Notes: generated from the sequence alone by a model not told the origin. A stretch of 56,994 nucleotides of DNA from a virus (IMGVR_UViG_3300014613_000030:1-56994); one strand, 5' to 3'. Positions 45,319 through 54,693 are shown, counted from the stretch's first letter. Numbers and translations are program-made.

Positions 45319-45534
45319 TCATGGTCTAACTCCTATTAGACGAAATGCATAACAATTTTTTCTTACTTCAGATTTCTTAAGATATTTTTCGGGTATCACA
45401 ACATTTTCTTTATCTTTGATAGAAAACCATTCCTTATTTTCTATTTGCTTCTTACGATTTTTATTCTGAATTGCATTTACAAGATCTTCATATTTTTTAT
45501 CTGGAATTTCTATTTCTACCATGAATTTTGGCAT
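45319..45534 (-). CDS. Hypothetical protein
   Basis: 71 aa with RBS. Confidence 0.6.
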   Translation of the reverse strand: MPKFMVEIEIPDKKYEDLVNAIQNKNRKKQIENKEWFSIKDKENVVIPEKYLKKSEVRKNCYAFRLIGVRP

Positions 45535-45552
45535 TTAATTTATTCCTTTATT

Positions 45553-45837
45553 TTATTTCTTTACTTCCTTCTTCTTCATTTGAATATCTATTACTATGTC
45601 ACCTTCTCCGATATAAAAGGTGTTTCTTTCGGCTCCATTATTTATAATCCTTGGAATACTCTTTGCTCTCATTTCAAGGGCAAAATTTTGATATCTATCT
45701 ATTCTTGAATTTACTACATCATAAAAAGTGATGAAACCGATAGCCATTAAAGTCATTATTGCTAAAAAGAAAACTGAAATTATGGTTAAAAAGATCTTTG
45801 TTAATCTGTTATTTGCTTTTATGTATGGATCAGTCAT
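45553..45837 (-). CDS. Single-TM membrane protein
   Basis: N-terminal hydrophobic helix; GGAGG RBS. Confidence 0.65.
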   Translation of the reverse strand: MTDPYIKANNRLTKIFLTIISVFFLAIMTLMAIGFITFYDVVNSRIDRYQNFALEMRAKSIPRIINNGAERNTFYIGEGDIVIDIQMKKKEVKK

Positions 45838-45889
45838 TTAGCTTCCTCCTTTTCTGTTATCAACCTTTTAAGACACATATATTATCTTC

Positions 45890-46297
45890 TTAAGTTATAA
45901 CCTTTAATATATGACACGCCATTGTTCCTTCTGGAGTAGGCCAATATTCTTCTTCTCCTGGGTAAATGCTACTGTATTCTTCACCAAGTATATTTTTATA
46001 ATTTGAGAAATATAGATTTAGAAAAACCCATCTTCTGATATGATTCGGTCTAATCATAGGCATAACTTTTATTATAAGAGGTTCTTCTGAAAATCCATTC
46101 CTAAAAGCTGTTGCAAAAGCAATATCTCTGAAATAAGTTAATCCAACAGTTCTTACATCTGCAAAAAGTACAGAACCTTTTTTATATTTTCTGACAAGCG
46201 GGCCTAATCTATCACTTAAACCGCAATTTGTGCTTATACTTAATCTATCTGCTGTTACTACTTTCCATCCCATTTCGTATCCTATGTCATATTCCAT
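45890..46297 (-). CDS. Hypothetical protein (same family as 51304..51726)
   Basis: KVV...Y.KG...G...F...IIKV...PEG pattern shared. Confidence 0.7.
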   Translation of the reverse strand: MEYDIGYEMGWKVVTADRLSISTNCGLSDRLGPLVRKYKKGSVLFADVRTVGLTYFRDIAFATAFRNGFSEEPLIIKVMPMIRPNHIRRWVFLNLYFSNYKNILGEEYSSIYPGEEEYWPTPEGTMACHILKVIT

Positions 46298-46353
46298 TTT
46301 TATCCTCCCATATTTAATCTAGCATATCTCTGTGGTGATCTTTAGATTTACAA

Positions 46354-46542
46354 TTAAATTATTTCATATTTCACGATTATTTTATCTTCAAATTCTTCTA
46401 ATGAAACGAAACTAATTATGGGATCTTTGATTTTATTGACTTCCTTTTTTAATACCTTCAAAGCTTCATTGACCATTTTAAAAATATCCACTTTCTCATT
46501 AGTTATGTATTTTTTGATTTCTATTTTTATTGCTTTTCCCAT
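46354..46542 (-). CDS. Hypothetical protein
   Basis: 62 aa; GGAG RBS. Confidence 0.6.
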   Translation of the reverse strand: MGKAIKIEIKKYITNEKVDIFKMVNEALKVLKKEVNKIKDPIISFVSLEEFEDKIIVKYEII

Positions 46543-46551
46543 CTTTATCTC

Positions 46552-46839
46552 CTAATATTTAATTCTGCTCATTGACCTTAAATTACTCCATTCATCTGCC
46601 ATATTTATTTCACCCATCTGCCCGAACACTTGCTGATTTACCAGCCACAAGCATTTTCTGAATATAAATTGATTTGCTTCATCGAGTAATGTGTATCCAT
46701 TCGTATTATTTTCTCCGAGAATTTCTATTAATCTATTCAACATTGCTACTGTATTGACTGGTAGAGAGTTTTCAAATATTGTCTCTTCTATAAGGTGTTT
46801 TGTTCTCTTTGATATAACTTTTTCATTTTCCATTTTCAT
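46552..46839 (-). CDS. Hypothetical protein
   Basis: 95 aa; AAGGAG RBS. Confidence 0.7.
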   Translation of the reverse strand: MKMENEKVISKRTKHLIEETIFENSLPVNTVAMLNRLIEILGENNTNGYTLLDEANQFIFRKCLWLVNQQVFGQMGEINMADEWSNLRSMSRIKY

Positions 46840-47198
46840 CTCCTTATTGCTGGCTTTCTTTTTATTTTTGGTTTTTTTCTTACTTTTTTTACTTTTTTGA
46901 GAATCTTAAAAAGTTTTATAATTTCTTTATCTATTGACTTTTTAATACCGCCATGCCAGAATATGTCTTTTTTAATTGGAATGATATCATTATCCCAATC
47001 TTTCCATTTTATTCTTATCGAATTGCCACTTTTGCTAAACAGATAAACATATAGCCAATTAGTGATTCCAACAATATAATTCTTATTTTTATATTTAACC
47101 ATCATTCCTGGCATACAGGAATGTTTAGAATCTCTTTTATAACATAAATATGATACTCTTTTTATTTCCTTTAACTTCTTTATTTCTTCCTTTTCCAT
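46836..47198 (-). CDS. Basic hypothetical protein
   Basis: 120 aa; Lys-rich tail. Confidence 0.65.
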   Translation of the reverse strand: MEKEEIKKLKEIKRVSYLCYKRDSKHSCMPGMMVKYKNKNYIVGITNWLYVYLFSKSGNSIRIKWKDWDNDIIPIKKDIFWHGGIKKSIDKEIIKLFKILKKVKKVRKKPKIKRKPAIRR

Positions 47199-47207
47199 AT
47201 TGGTCTC

Positions 47208-47486
47208 TTATTTTTTTATTCCATTGTTTTCTTTCCCAGTTAATTTTTCCCAATTTCTATTTGCTGCTATATTAGCATTTTTACTATAAAGAAGGCGTCC
47301 TTTATCATCCTTTATCGGTTTGATGAATTTTAAAGCTTCATCTACTGGAATCTCTATTTTTATATTTTCAGAAAAGATTATCATTTTTTCTTTCTTCATA
47401 AAAAAGAAAATTGTTTTTCCAATTCTAAATCCATGTTTATTTTCTTTCATTATTCCCATGAAAAAGATTTGCTTTATTTTTTTCAT
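47208..47486 (-). CDS. Hypothetical protein
   Basis: 92 aa; AAGGAG RBS. Confidence 0.6.
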   Translation of the reverse strand: MKKIKQIFFMGIMKENKHGFRIGKTIFFFMKKEKMIIFSENIKIEIPVDEALKFIKPIKDDKGRLLYSKNANIAANRNWEKLTGKENNGIKK

Positions 47487-47496
47487 TTGTTACTCC

Positions 47497-48201
47497 TTAG
47501 TTAGGTAGGTAAAATTTATCTTTTATCCCAAAAAAACATTCTAATTGCCCCTTTAAAATCCAATGCCATCCTTCCCATGAGCAAATCTCCTTTTTTTCAT
47601 CATCGGTAGGAATGTTCTTCAGTTCATTCCAACATCTTGAATTGATTTCTTTATTCCATTTTTTTAATGGAGACATTTCAATCCAATATTTTCGTCCAAA
47701 AGGGAGTGTTGACGTGATAATATAATTTGTTAATATTTTGAAACTAAAGCTAAAAATGAACTCTCCGGCTTTAATAAATTCTCCGGCCTCAATGGACTCT
47801 TTGGCTTCAATAGCCCCTCCGGCCTCAATGGACCCTCCAGCCCTAATGGACCCTCCGGCCTCAATGGACCCTCCAGCCCTAATGGACCCTCCAGTTTTAA
47901 TAAGCGCTCCTGCTTTAATAAACTCTCCGGCTTTAATGAACTCTTCGACCTTAATGGATCCTTCGGTTTTAATAAACTCTCTGGATTCAATAAACTCTCC
48001 TACTTTAATAAGCCCTCTGGCCTTAATGAACCCTCCGGTATCAATGAAACCTCTGGCTTCAATGTACCCTCTGGCTTCAATGGACCATCCGGCCTCAAAA
48101 ATATTACAATTAAATTTTACATGATTTATAAATTCTATTGTTTTGCTTTCATGATTTCTGAATCTGTCTAAATCTTCTGGTTTTTCTATTATGTCTATCA
48201 T
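47497..48201 (-). CDS. Hexapeptide-repeat (beta-solenoid-like) protein
   Basis: About 19 I-[EK]-A-G-[GE]-[SF]-type units encoded by 18-bp repeats at about 47757-48098. Confidence 0.8.
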   Translation of the reverse strand: MIDIIEKPEDLDRFRNHESKTIEFINHVKFNCNIFEAGWSIEARGYIEARGFIDTGGFIKARGLIKVGEFIESREFIKTEGSIKVEEFIKAGEFIKAGALIKTGGSIRAGGSIEAGGSIRAGGSIEAGGAIEAKESIEAGEFIKAGEFIFSFSFKILTNYIITSTLPFGRKYWIEMSPLKKWNKEINSRCWNELKNIPTDDEKKEICSWEGWHWILKGQLECFFGIKDKFYLPN

Positions 48202-48324
48202 TTGTCTGTTTCCTTTTCCATTTCTTTATAAAAAGTTTCTTCCCATTTTCTTATTTCAACCTTAGAAAGTTTTCTCCATCTATTGCCATAAAAAAAGTTT
48301 CCCATTTTACCTCTTAAATGAGAT

Positions 48325-48573
48325 CTATGTTTTGACAGGTTTTCTTTTCTTTTTCTTGGTTTCATTTTTTGACAACTTGTCTATTTTTATTTTTAGTCTC
48401 AGGATTTCATTACTGCATTCGCTGTAGGTTGCCCATAGTCTGGATTTCATTATTTCTCCTTTGCTATTTTCCCCCTTGTAGATATCTTCTAATAAATCAT
48501 GTGCTTTTCTTATTAAAAGTCTTATTTCTTCAAACTTTCTCTTTTTCATTATAAGTCTTTTCATAATTACCAT
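48325..48573 (-). CDS. Hypothetical protein
   Basis: 82 aa; basic. Confidence 0.6.
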   Translation of the reverse strand: MVIMKRLIMKKRKFEEIRLLIRKAHDLLEDIYKGENSKGEIMKSRLWATYSECSNEILRLKIKIDKLSKNETKKKKRKPVKT

Positions 48574-48845
48574 TCATACCTCTTATAAGGAAATGCTTCT
48601 TTGATTATTGCATTCCAAGCCTTTCCGTTATATTTCAGTTTATGAAACTCTTTGATTGCCTCTTCATCTCCACCATGCATCAAATCATGGTCTGCATCTG
48701 TAACAATTTCCGCTACATGGCTTCTCGGTAAAACAGGATTTTCATCATTTTCTTCAAGGAGCCTTAAAACATCACCCCCGATTATATCCCATGTTCTATT
48801 TAATGCCCTTATTACTCTCTTTTTGATTTCTTTTGTCATTTTCAT
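48567..48845 (-). CDS. Hypothetical protein
   Basis: 92 aa; GGAGGTG RBS. Confidence 0.7.
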   Translation of the reverse strand: MKMTKEIKKRVIRALNRTWDIIGGDVLRLLEENDENPVLPRSHVAEIVTDADHDLMHGGDEEAIKEFHKLKYNGKAWNAIIKEAFPYKRYEW

Positions 48846-49333
48846 TCACCTCCATTTATCAATGCCTGTACTTCACTAAGGGGTCTAAACCCTCTTTTTT
48901 CACAAGCTTCACGTAAGTCTCTTTCTAAATTTGCGTTCTTTTCCTTTAGGGTATGAAAATCTTCATTTAGTTCACTATAGTCGTTTTGAAGTTTCTTTAA
49001 CTTTTCTCTTAATTTGTGGTTTGAAAGTAATATTTCTTCAGCTAATCTAGACATATCTACTTCATTGCTTTTTCTCTCTGGTGTTATAATTTTATCTTCC
49101 TTTTCAAAATTTCCAGTTTTAATTACCTTTAATGGTCTTTCTGAAATTAAATCTGCTATTTTCAATTTTACTGCTAATCTTAGAATAGAGAGTGTTGCGG
49201 ATGTGTATGTACTATTCGGAACCGTTAATCTATCGGCTTCACGGAAGAATTGATCATGACGAGTATCTATTTCCAATCCATTAGGAATTTTATCCCATCT
49301 TTCTTTTAATATTTTCCTATAACTCTTCATCAT
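48842..49333 (-). CDS. Hypothetical protein with C-terminal coiled coil
   Basis: Heptad pattern LREKLKKLQNDYSEL... Confidence 0.7.
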   Translation of the reverse strand: MMKSYRKILKERWDKIPNGLEIDTRHDQFFREADRLTVPNSTYTSATLSILRLAVKLKIADLISERPLKVIKTGNFEKEDKIITPERKSNEVDMSRLAEEILLSNHKLREKLKKLQNDYSELNEDFHTLKEKNANLERDLREACEKRGFRPLSEVQALINGGE

Positions 49334-49664
49334 CTTTTCCTTTCTCTATTCCTTTCAAACTTAATAATTCAAGTGTTCCGGGGATATATGCATCACCAAG
49401 GTCAATATCGCCTAATTCATCTTCTGCTTCCGCATAACTTTCTGCATGGATTATGTATTTTAATTTAGCCGCAACTATTGCTTCATACTCCTTGCAACTA
49501 GTTTGGTTGAATTTTTCACATTCTATGCCATTATTTTTTTCACAGTTTACTTCACAAAAATAGTCAGAATTGATTAATGTTTCTGACTGGATGAATTCTC
49601 CATGCATACATTCCATACATTTTTGCGACCAAGGCCATGAATAAACTACGATTTTCTTCATCAT
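49317..49664 (-). CDS. Cys-rich hypothetical protein
   Basis: CMEC...C...C...C...C. Confidence 0.7.
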   Translation of the reverse strand: MMKKIVVYSWPWSQKCMECMHGEFIQSETLINSDYFCEVNCEKNNGIECEKFNQTSCKEYEAIVAAKLKYIIHAESYAEAEDELGDIDLGDAYIPGTLELLSLKGIEKGKDDEEL

Positions 49665-49846
49665 TTCAAATCTCCTTCTTCGTTCGTAGTAGGTCTGAAT
49701 CTTAATAAAGCAATACTATCAATACATATCCAAATCCTTCCATCGGATGACACTTGAATGCCAAAATCACATTTCTTGTTCCCAACAGTAAGATCTTGTT
49801 CTACTGAACAAAATCCTTGCTGATGAGTTTCAGGATATTCTTTCAT
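49661..49846 (-). CDS. Small hypothetical protein
   Basis: DFGIQVS.DGRIWICID...LRF. Confidence 0.7.
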   Translation of the reverse strand: MKEYPETHQQGFCSVEQDLTVGNKKCDFGIQVSSDGRIWICIDSIALLRFRPTTNEEGDLK

Positions 49847-50136
49847 TTTAAAACTCCTTCTCGATTTTTATTAAAGTTTATTTTCTGTCCAAAATATCTT
49901 TCTACTACTCTGATGGCTATTTCTTTTGCTACGTCTTCGCCGAATTTTGTACATGGACATTGCCAGTATGATTCTGCTTCTTTGATACATATAATACACA
50001 TTGTCTGATCAGCAGCAAGATGTCCTCTTAATTCCTTATTTCCAGGACATCTCAAATCACTGAATCCGGAAAATAATATTGTCCTTAATCTTTTCATGAA
50101 AATTGCTGTTAATTCTTGTTCCTTTATTTTGTCCAT
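49843..50136 (-). CDS. Cys-rich small protein (paralog of 54399..54668)
   Basis: RCPG...CIIC...CPC; 92 bp identical to the paralog. Confidence 0.75.
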   Translation of the reverse strand: MDKIKEQELTAIFMKRLRTILFSGFSDLRCPGNKELRGHLAADQTMCIICIKEAESYWQCPCTKFGEDVAKEIAIRVVERYFGQKINFNKNREGVLK

Positions 50137-50234
50137 CGGCTCCTCTGTTATATCGTGTTTGTGGTCGTTGTTGGTTATGCATAAACACTACCATATAAAA
50201 TTTAAAGATGCCATAAAAAAGGTTATATGTTCTT

Positions 50235-50432
50235 TTAAAAAGTAACGGTGGTCTTGCTATTTTGATCTACAATTGTTTCAATTTTCAATAAACTTCTTAC
50301 TTCTTTTAGCATACAATTTGAACAGATACATCTTTCTTCAGCTTCGGCTATTGTTTCACTTTCCTTTGTGAATGGATTTAAGAACTTCCATATTTCATTT
50401 CCGCATGTATTACAGAACCATCTTGCTCCCAT
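50235..50432 (-). CDS. Small Zn-finger protein
   Basis: CNTCG...CSNC. Confidence 0.65.
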   Translation of the reverse strand: MGARWFCNTCGNEIWKFLNPFTKESETIAEAEERCICSNCMLKEVRSLLKIETIVDQNSKTTVTF

Positions 50433-50775
50433 TTTTATCTCCTTTTACATCAAAGTTTTTCAAAAGAATTTTCACTTTATCAATCTTCTTTTGCATCAAA
50501 ATGGCTTTTTTTATCAGGTTAGGAAGAGGTTTGATGTCTTCTATACAATATTCTATTCTATGAGAAACATGCTCTATGGTATTTTCAATGTCCATTTCAA
50601 GAGAAATCATTTCTTCATCTAACTCTCTAAATTCATCACGTAAAAGAACTTCGGGATCTTTATTTCTTAGACGATCTTTCATTACTTCTTTTTTCCATGT
50701 TAATTCATTAATTCGATCATTTAACGAACTTATTTTAAGTCTTATTTGTGCAATACTTAATCTATCTTTTCTCAT
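50410..50775 (-). CDS. Coiled-coil protein
   Basis: Shares NKD.EVLL....REL..E..S.E.DI with 50779..51237. Confidence 0.7.
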   Translation of the reverse strand: MRKDRLSIAQIRLKISSLNDRINELTWKKEVMKDRLRNKDPEVLLRDEFRELDEEMISLEMDIENTIEHVSHRIEYCIEDIKPLPNLIKKAILMQKKIDKVKILLKNFDVKGDKNGSKMVL

Positions 50776-50778
50776 AAT

Positions 50779-51237
50779 TTATTTCCTTTCAGAATCTAAG
50801 TTATTCAGAAGAATGGTTACTTCATCAATTTCTTTTTGTTTTCCCTTAAAAGCGGCAGTTAACCTATTAAACTCTTTTTTACCTTCTACAGACCAAACTA
50901 TTTTATTGAAATTCTTAATAGCATAGTCAATGTCTAATTCAAAAGAAAGTTTTTCATCATTTAATTCTCTGAGTTTGTTACATAAAAGAACTTCAGAATC
51001 TTTATTTTTTAGACAATCTACCTTTTTAAAGATTAGGTATTTATTATCAAAAGTTGTAATTAATTCCCATTCATCTTTTCCCATTCTATCTAAAATAGAT
51101 TGGAGCAATTCTTCTCTGTCTGTTGAAAGATTTGAGTTGCATACTTCTTGCACTGAATAACAATATTTTCTCATAATTTTTCCTTTCTTTATCCAACTGT
51201 AAATCCTCCCTGTTGAAGAATACAATAGCAAAACCAA
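50779..51237 (-). CDS. Hypothetical protein (DUF4177-like N-terminus plus coiled coil)
   Basis: KY.Y...L..MG...WELI....LIFKK; probable start MRKYC. Confidence 0.65.
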   Translation of the reverse strand: MVLLLYSSTGRIYSWIKKGKIMRKYCYSVQEVCNSNLSTDREELLQSILDRMGKDEWELITTFDNKYLIFKKVDCLKNKDSEVLLCNKLRELNDEKLSFELDIDYAIKNFNKIVWSVEGKKEFNRLTAAFKGKQKEIDEVTILLNNLDSERK

Positions 51238-51303
51238 ATTCCAATTGCTATCAATAACTCAGGCCAATATACATATAAGCACCAATATAGAAATTCAAAC
51301 ATT

Positions 51304-51726
51304 TTATTCTAAAACCTCCACTGATTCAAAAGTTATTGATCCCTCTGGAGCTTCACAGAAATCTAAATCGGTGATTGAACCTAATCGCATCGGATTTGCA
51401 GCACATCCAAGAATTATTGAAGCATGTTTGTTTGGACTACCAATTCCTTCTACTTTTATTATAATGGCATCCTGGAAATCTTCTGATTTGGTAAATGCCC
51501 TTGCATCCTTATGTTCTTTAAATGTAAAAATACCAGGAGTTTCAGGAGCTTTATTGATTATTGTTCCTTTAAGATATTTTGGGAAAAATTCAGGATGATC
51601 TTCTATGAATTTTTCAATTTTAATAATCTCCCTTTCAGTTTGACATCCAGTATTCATGGGACTTTTCCATATTCCCAAATTGGAACAATTTCTTGTTTCC
51701 TTTTCAACTACTTTATAAACAATCAT
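51304..51726 (-). CDS. Hypothetical protein
   Basis: 140 aa; GAGGAGG RBS. Confidence 0.72.
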   Translation of the reverse strand: MIVYKVVEKETRNCSNLGIWKSPMNTGCQTEREIIKIEKFIEDHPEFFPKYLKGTIINKAPETPGIFTFKEHKDARAFTKSEDFQDAIIIKVEGIGSPNKHASIILGCAANPMRLGSITDLDFCEAPEGSITFESVEVLE

Positions 51727-51742
51727 AACAATCCTCCTCTAT

Positions 51743-52207
51743 CTATATTGCTGGATTAATTCGAATATTCTCTTCATATATCTCGCCCTGAACTTTGTTA
51801 AAAAGACAACAATTGGCATCTACTAATATATCAGAAGCTGATAATTCAGATTTTCTTATTCCGAAAATCATCCATTGAACATCATCGTTTGTGTCTAAAA
51901 GATGAAATAAGACTGCTGCTTCTTCTTTAGTTTCAACACGAATTGAAAATGGTTCAAATTTATAAACTTTTTCTGCGAATCCATTTTGGACCAACCACAC
52001 TTTTGCCCAATCATTTTCTCCGAGAAATTCCTGAAATCCTTCGCATCTCACATTGATTCTTTCATTCAAAAAAAGCATGGCCTCGTTTGCCCAATTTTCG
52101 AAAATATCCCATTTATCTTCAGTTTCCTCACAGACATTTAGTCTATCTCTCACAATTTCATATACTGCTATTCTTGAAAGCTCTTTCTTTGTTTCTTTTA
52201 TATCCAT
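51743..52207 (-). CDS. Hypothetical protein (paralog of 38945..39496)
   Basis: 154 aa; AAGGAG RBS. Confidence 0.72.
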   Translation of the reverse strand: MDIKETKKELSRIAVYEIVRDRLNVCEETEDKWDIFENWANEAMLFLNERINVRCEGFQEFLGENDWAKVWLVQNGFAEKVYKFEPFSIRVETKEEAAVLFHLLDTNDDVQWMIFGIRKSELSASDILVDANCCLFNKVQGEIYEENIRINPAI

Positions 52208-52216
52208 TTTTTCTCC

Positions 52217-52576
52217 TTATACTGGTTTGAATCCAAAATAAAATCTTGGATAATCTTGGAACATCATAGTTCCTTCTACGTCATCAGATTTCCGTTTCGC
52301 CAATACAAATGGGGCTAAAAATGATTTTACTTCGAAATCCTTTCCTATTTCTGGGGTATTCCAAACTTGTCCATGTTTTGTTTCAAGTCTTTTCCTTTCT
52401 ATGTCTTCATCATTTGATTCAGTTTGTGAATTTATATCTGTAACTAATCTTCTACGAATCTTTTCTGTTGAATCGTTCATTATATGACTCCTCCTTTTTG
52501 ATCCTTGGTTTTGCTTGTTTATGGGATATGTATGGGATCTTCTTTGGACCAAACTATCCAGCCAAAAGATTTCCAC
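52217..52576 (-). CDS. Hypothetical phage protein
   Basis: W.T.E...DFEV..F.APFV...RKSD...G...FQ..PR.YF; probable start MNDST after GGAGG. Confidence 0.72.
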   Translation of the reverse strand: MEIFWLDSLVQRRSHTYPINKQNQGSKRRSHIMNDSTEKIRRRLVTDINSQTESNDEDIERKRLETKHGQVWNTPEIGKDFEVKSFLAPFVLAKRKSDDVEGTMMFQDYPRFYFGFKPV

Positions 52577-52791
52577 CTTTTATCTGTTGGTTTCCAAAAC
52601 CTATCACTACTGGTATTTTGCATTTTAATCGGTTCAAGTCCAAGAAGAGTCGGAACGGTCCTAAAAGTTAAAACGATTATTCCCATTTGTTCTTGACTTG
52701 TTGGATAGCAGTGGTCATATCTTAACATGTCTAGCGGAAAAGGTCTTGGTTCTCTATGCATTGATTTTACTTCAAAATTATGAATCCACAT
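52519..52791 (-). CDS. Hypothetical protein
   Basis: FPLDMLRYD.CYP...PT..RW.SFGW. Confidence 0.72.
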   Translation of the reverse strand: MWIHNFEVKSMHREPRPFPLDMLRYDHCYPTSQEQMGIIVLTFRTVPTLLGLEPIKMQNTSSDRFWKPTDKRWKSFGWIVWSKEDPIHIP

Positions 52792-52792
52792 A

Positions 52793-53089
52793 TTAATTAT
52801 TCTCCTTTTTCTTACTGTTTACTTTTTCCCAAAATTCACCTAACTCTAATTTTGATGGATAAACAAAAAGATGATTAGAGAGGGCAGTAATAGTTCGTTC
52901 TTTACAGTCTTCATCATCTATGGCAGTAACTTTTTTCGCAAACCAGAAGGTTAAATCGAGTTCTTTTCCAATTTCTATCATAACCATGATAGTTTTAATG
53001 TCAATTTGTCCTATGCCAAACCCAATTCCAAAAAGATCATAATCTATATAGTGTTCTATTGCATTCTGAAAGATTTCTTCTTTATTCAT
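52793..53089 (-). CDS. Hypothetical protein
   Basis: 98 aa; AAGGAG RBS. Confidence 0.7.
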   Translation of the reverse strand: MNKEEIFQNAIEHYIDYDLFGIGFGIGQIDIKTIMVMIEIGKELDLTFWFAKKVTAIDDEDCKERTITALSNHLFVYPSKLELGEFWEKVNSKKKENN

Positions 53090-53116
53090 ATTACTTTTTC
53101 TCCTTTCTCTTACTGT

Positions 53117-53428
53117 TTATAATCCTTCCATTTCATAATATTGATATCCTGGCATTGAAGACGTTAAAGGCTTCATCTTGCCCATAAGAACCTTGAAAGC
53201 AATCCCCTTTCCTCTTCTGAGTTTACTGGCTTGTCTAATTGTCACTTTGGTCTGAGCACTTTTACATGCCAGTAAGAAACTTTCTCGTAACGAATATTTT
53301 CTGTTGGTTTCTACGGTTTTCTTCTTTACATCTTCCATGTTTTTTCCTTTCATGTTTTGTGGTTTAGATCTTAAAGATTTCACGTCCATTCCAATCAATT
53401 TCAAGTCTTCTTTTCTCATCATTAACAT
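53117..53428 (-). CDS. Basic hypothetical protein
   Basis: RQASKLRRGKGIA; probable start MEDVK. Confidence 0.6.
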   Translation of the reverse strand: MLMMRKEDLKLIGMDVKSLRSKPQNMKGKNMEDVKKKTVETNRKYSLRESFLLACKSAQTKVTIRQASKLRRGKGIAFKVLMGKMKPLTSSMPGYQYYEMEGL

Positions 53429-53678
53429 CTTTTAACAATTCTCCTGCTCTGTGGATATGGGTGAGACGCTTTTGAAACTCTTCTTCAGTATATATCTCAC
53501 CTTTCGAAAGAAGAAACCCACTTGCGCTTTGTACGTGTCCAGAGTTTCCCCATATCGCATTAGTGTCATGAGTATATTTAGATGGGAGTTCATGGAAACT
53601 TCGTAAATCACAGTAGATAACTCTTCTACTAAGAAGGTTATTTCCATCTATCACCTTTTCTGTTCTTATTTTTATCAT
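53364..53678 (-). CDS. Hypothetical protein
   Basis: 104 aa; AGGAG RBS. Confidence 0.7.
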   Translation of the reverse strand: MIKIRTEKVIDGNNLLSRRVIYCDLRSFHELPSKYTHDTNAIWGNSGHVQSASGFLLSKGEIYTEEEFQKRLTHIHRAGELLKDVNDEKRRLEIDWNGREIFKI

Positions 53679-53787
53679 AGTTCTTCTCCTATATTCTCTT
53701 TTATTATCTTGTATTCTTATTCCTCTTTCATTTTACTCGCTACATACTATACAGATTACAAGGTTAATTCTTCTCTTTCCTTTATAA

Positions 53788-54213
53788 TCACAGCCGTAAT
53801 TTAAGAATTCGATATGCATCTTGGCCTGATATTACGCCTTCCTCTACTGCCTTTTTTATTTCTTCTTTTCTTTTTATATTTTTCTGTAAAAACCGTTCTA
53901 TTTCCCCATGTTCAATCCGGAGGTCCCTCCAATCTTTTATCTGATGCATAAAATTGAAATGTACCAAACCTCCAAATATGGAATATTGTTCGGAAATCTC
54001 CATCGTGTAGCTTTGTAGAGAATCTGGTAATATCTGATATCTTATAAATACGTTTATGAATTGTTCTATATTCCACGATGGTTTTATAAGTATAAAATAA
54101 TCTAAATCACTGTTTCTGCGATACCAACCAAACCTCCGACTGCCCCCCAGAAAAAAGGATAAACCTTCTCTTGTCATTTCATCTTCTACTATTTCCTTAA
54201 TTTTATTTATCAT
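53788..54213 (-). CDS. Minimal Pol-beta-superfamily nucleotidyltransferase-like protein
   Basis: FLGGSRRFG.....SDLDY (GS plus DxD). Confidence 0.7.
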   Translation of the reverse strand: MINKIKEIVEDEMTREGLSFFLGGSRRFGWYRRNSDLDYFILIKPSWNIEQFINVFIRYQILPDSLQSYTMEISEQYSIFGGLVHFNFMHQIKDWRDLRIEHGEIERFLQKNIKRKEEIKKAVEEGVISGQDAYRILKLRL

Positions 54214-54214
54214 T

Positions 54215-54397
54215 TTACTCTCCTTTAAATTCTTCTACTCTACCATTATAGTAAAGCCTCACTTTTTCTCCAGTTTCAGGATTATGCATGAAATAATATT
54301 CTTTTGAAAAGTCTTTTTCATCTACATAGCCGACATTCCTATATACTTGTTTGACCAGTTCAAAACGGTCTTTTAGATTTTCTACATCGTAGATCAT
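54215..54397 (-). CDS. Hypothetical protein
   Basis: 60 aa; GGAG RBS. Confidence 0.65.
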   Translation of the reverse strand: MIYDVENLKDRFELVKQVYRNVGYVDEKDFSKEYYFMHNPETGEKVRLYYNGRVEEFKGE

Positions 54398-54398
54398 T

Positions 54399-54668
54399 TT
54401 ATTCTCCTATATGAATTTTCTGTCCAAAATATCTTTCAACTACCCTGATGGCTATTCTTTTTGCTTTTTCTTCACCAAACCTCGTGCACGGACATGACCA
54501 ATCTACTTCTACTTCTGCTGATTCATTACATATTTCACACATGCCTACTTCAGGCCCTTCACTTAATTCCTTATTTCCAGGACATCTCAAATCACTGAAT
54601 CCGGAAAATAATATTGTCCTTAATCTTTTCATGAAAATTGCTGTTAATTCTTGCTTTGTAGTTCTCAT
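54399..54668 (-). CDS. Cys-rich small protein (paralog of 49843..50136)
   Basis: RCPG...CEIC...CPC. Confidence 0.75.
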   Translation of the reverse strand: MRTTKQELTAIFMKRLRTILFSGFSDLRCPGNKELSEGPEVGMCEICNESAEVEVDWSCPCTRFGEEKAKRIAIRVVERYFGQKIHIGE

Positions 54669-54693
54669 TTCCCCTCTCCTTGTGCTTTTAAGT

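Noticed and set aside
47730-48124. Overlapping alternative-frame ORFs or a DGR variable region
   Set aside because: Explained by the 18-bp periodic repeat; no reverse transcriptase or adenine-specific template/variable pair is seen.
50027-54653. DGR template/variable repeat pair
   Set aside because: The shared 92 bp has no mismatches, and the divergent parts differ by indels rather than A-specific substitutions.
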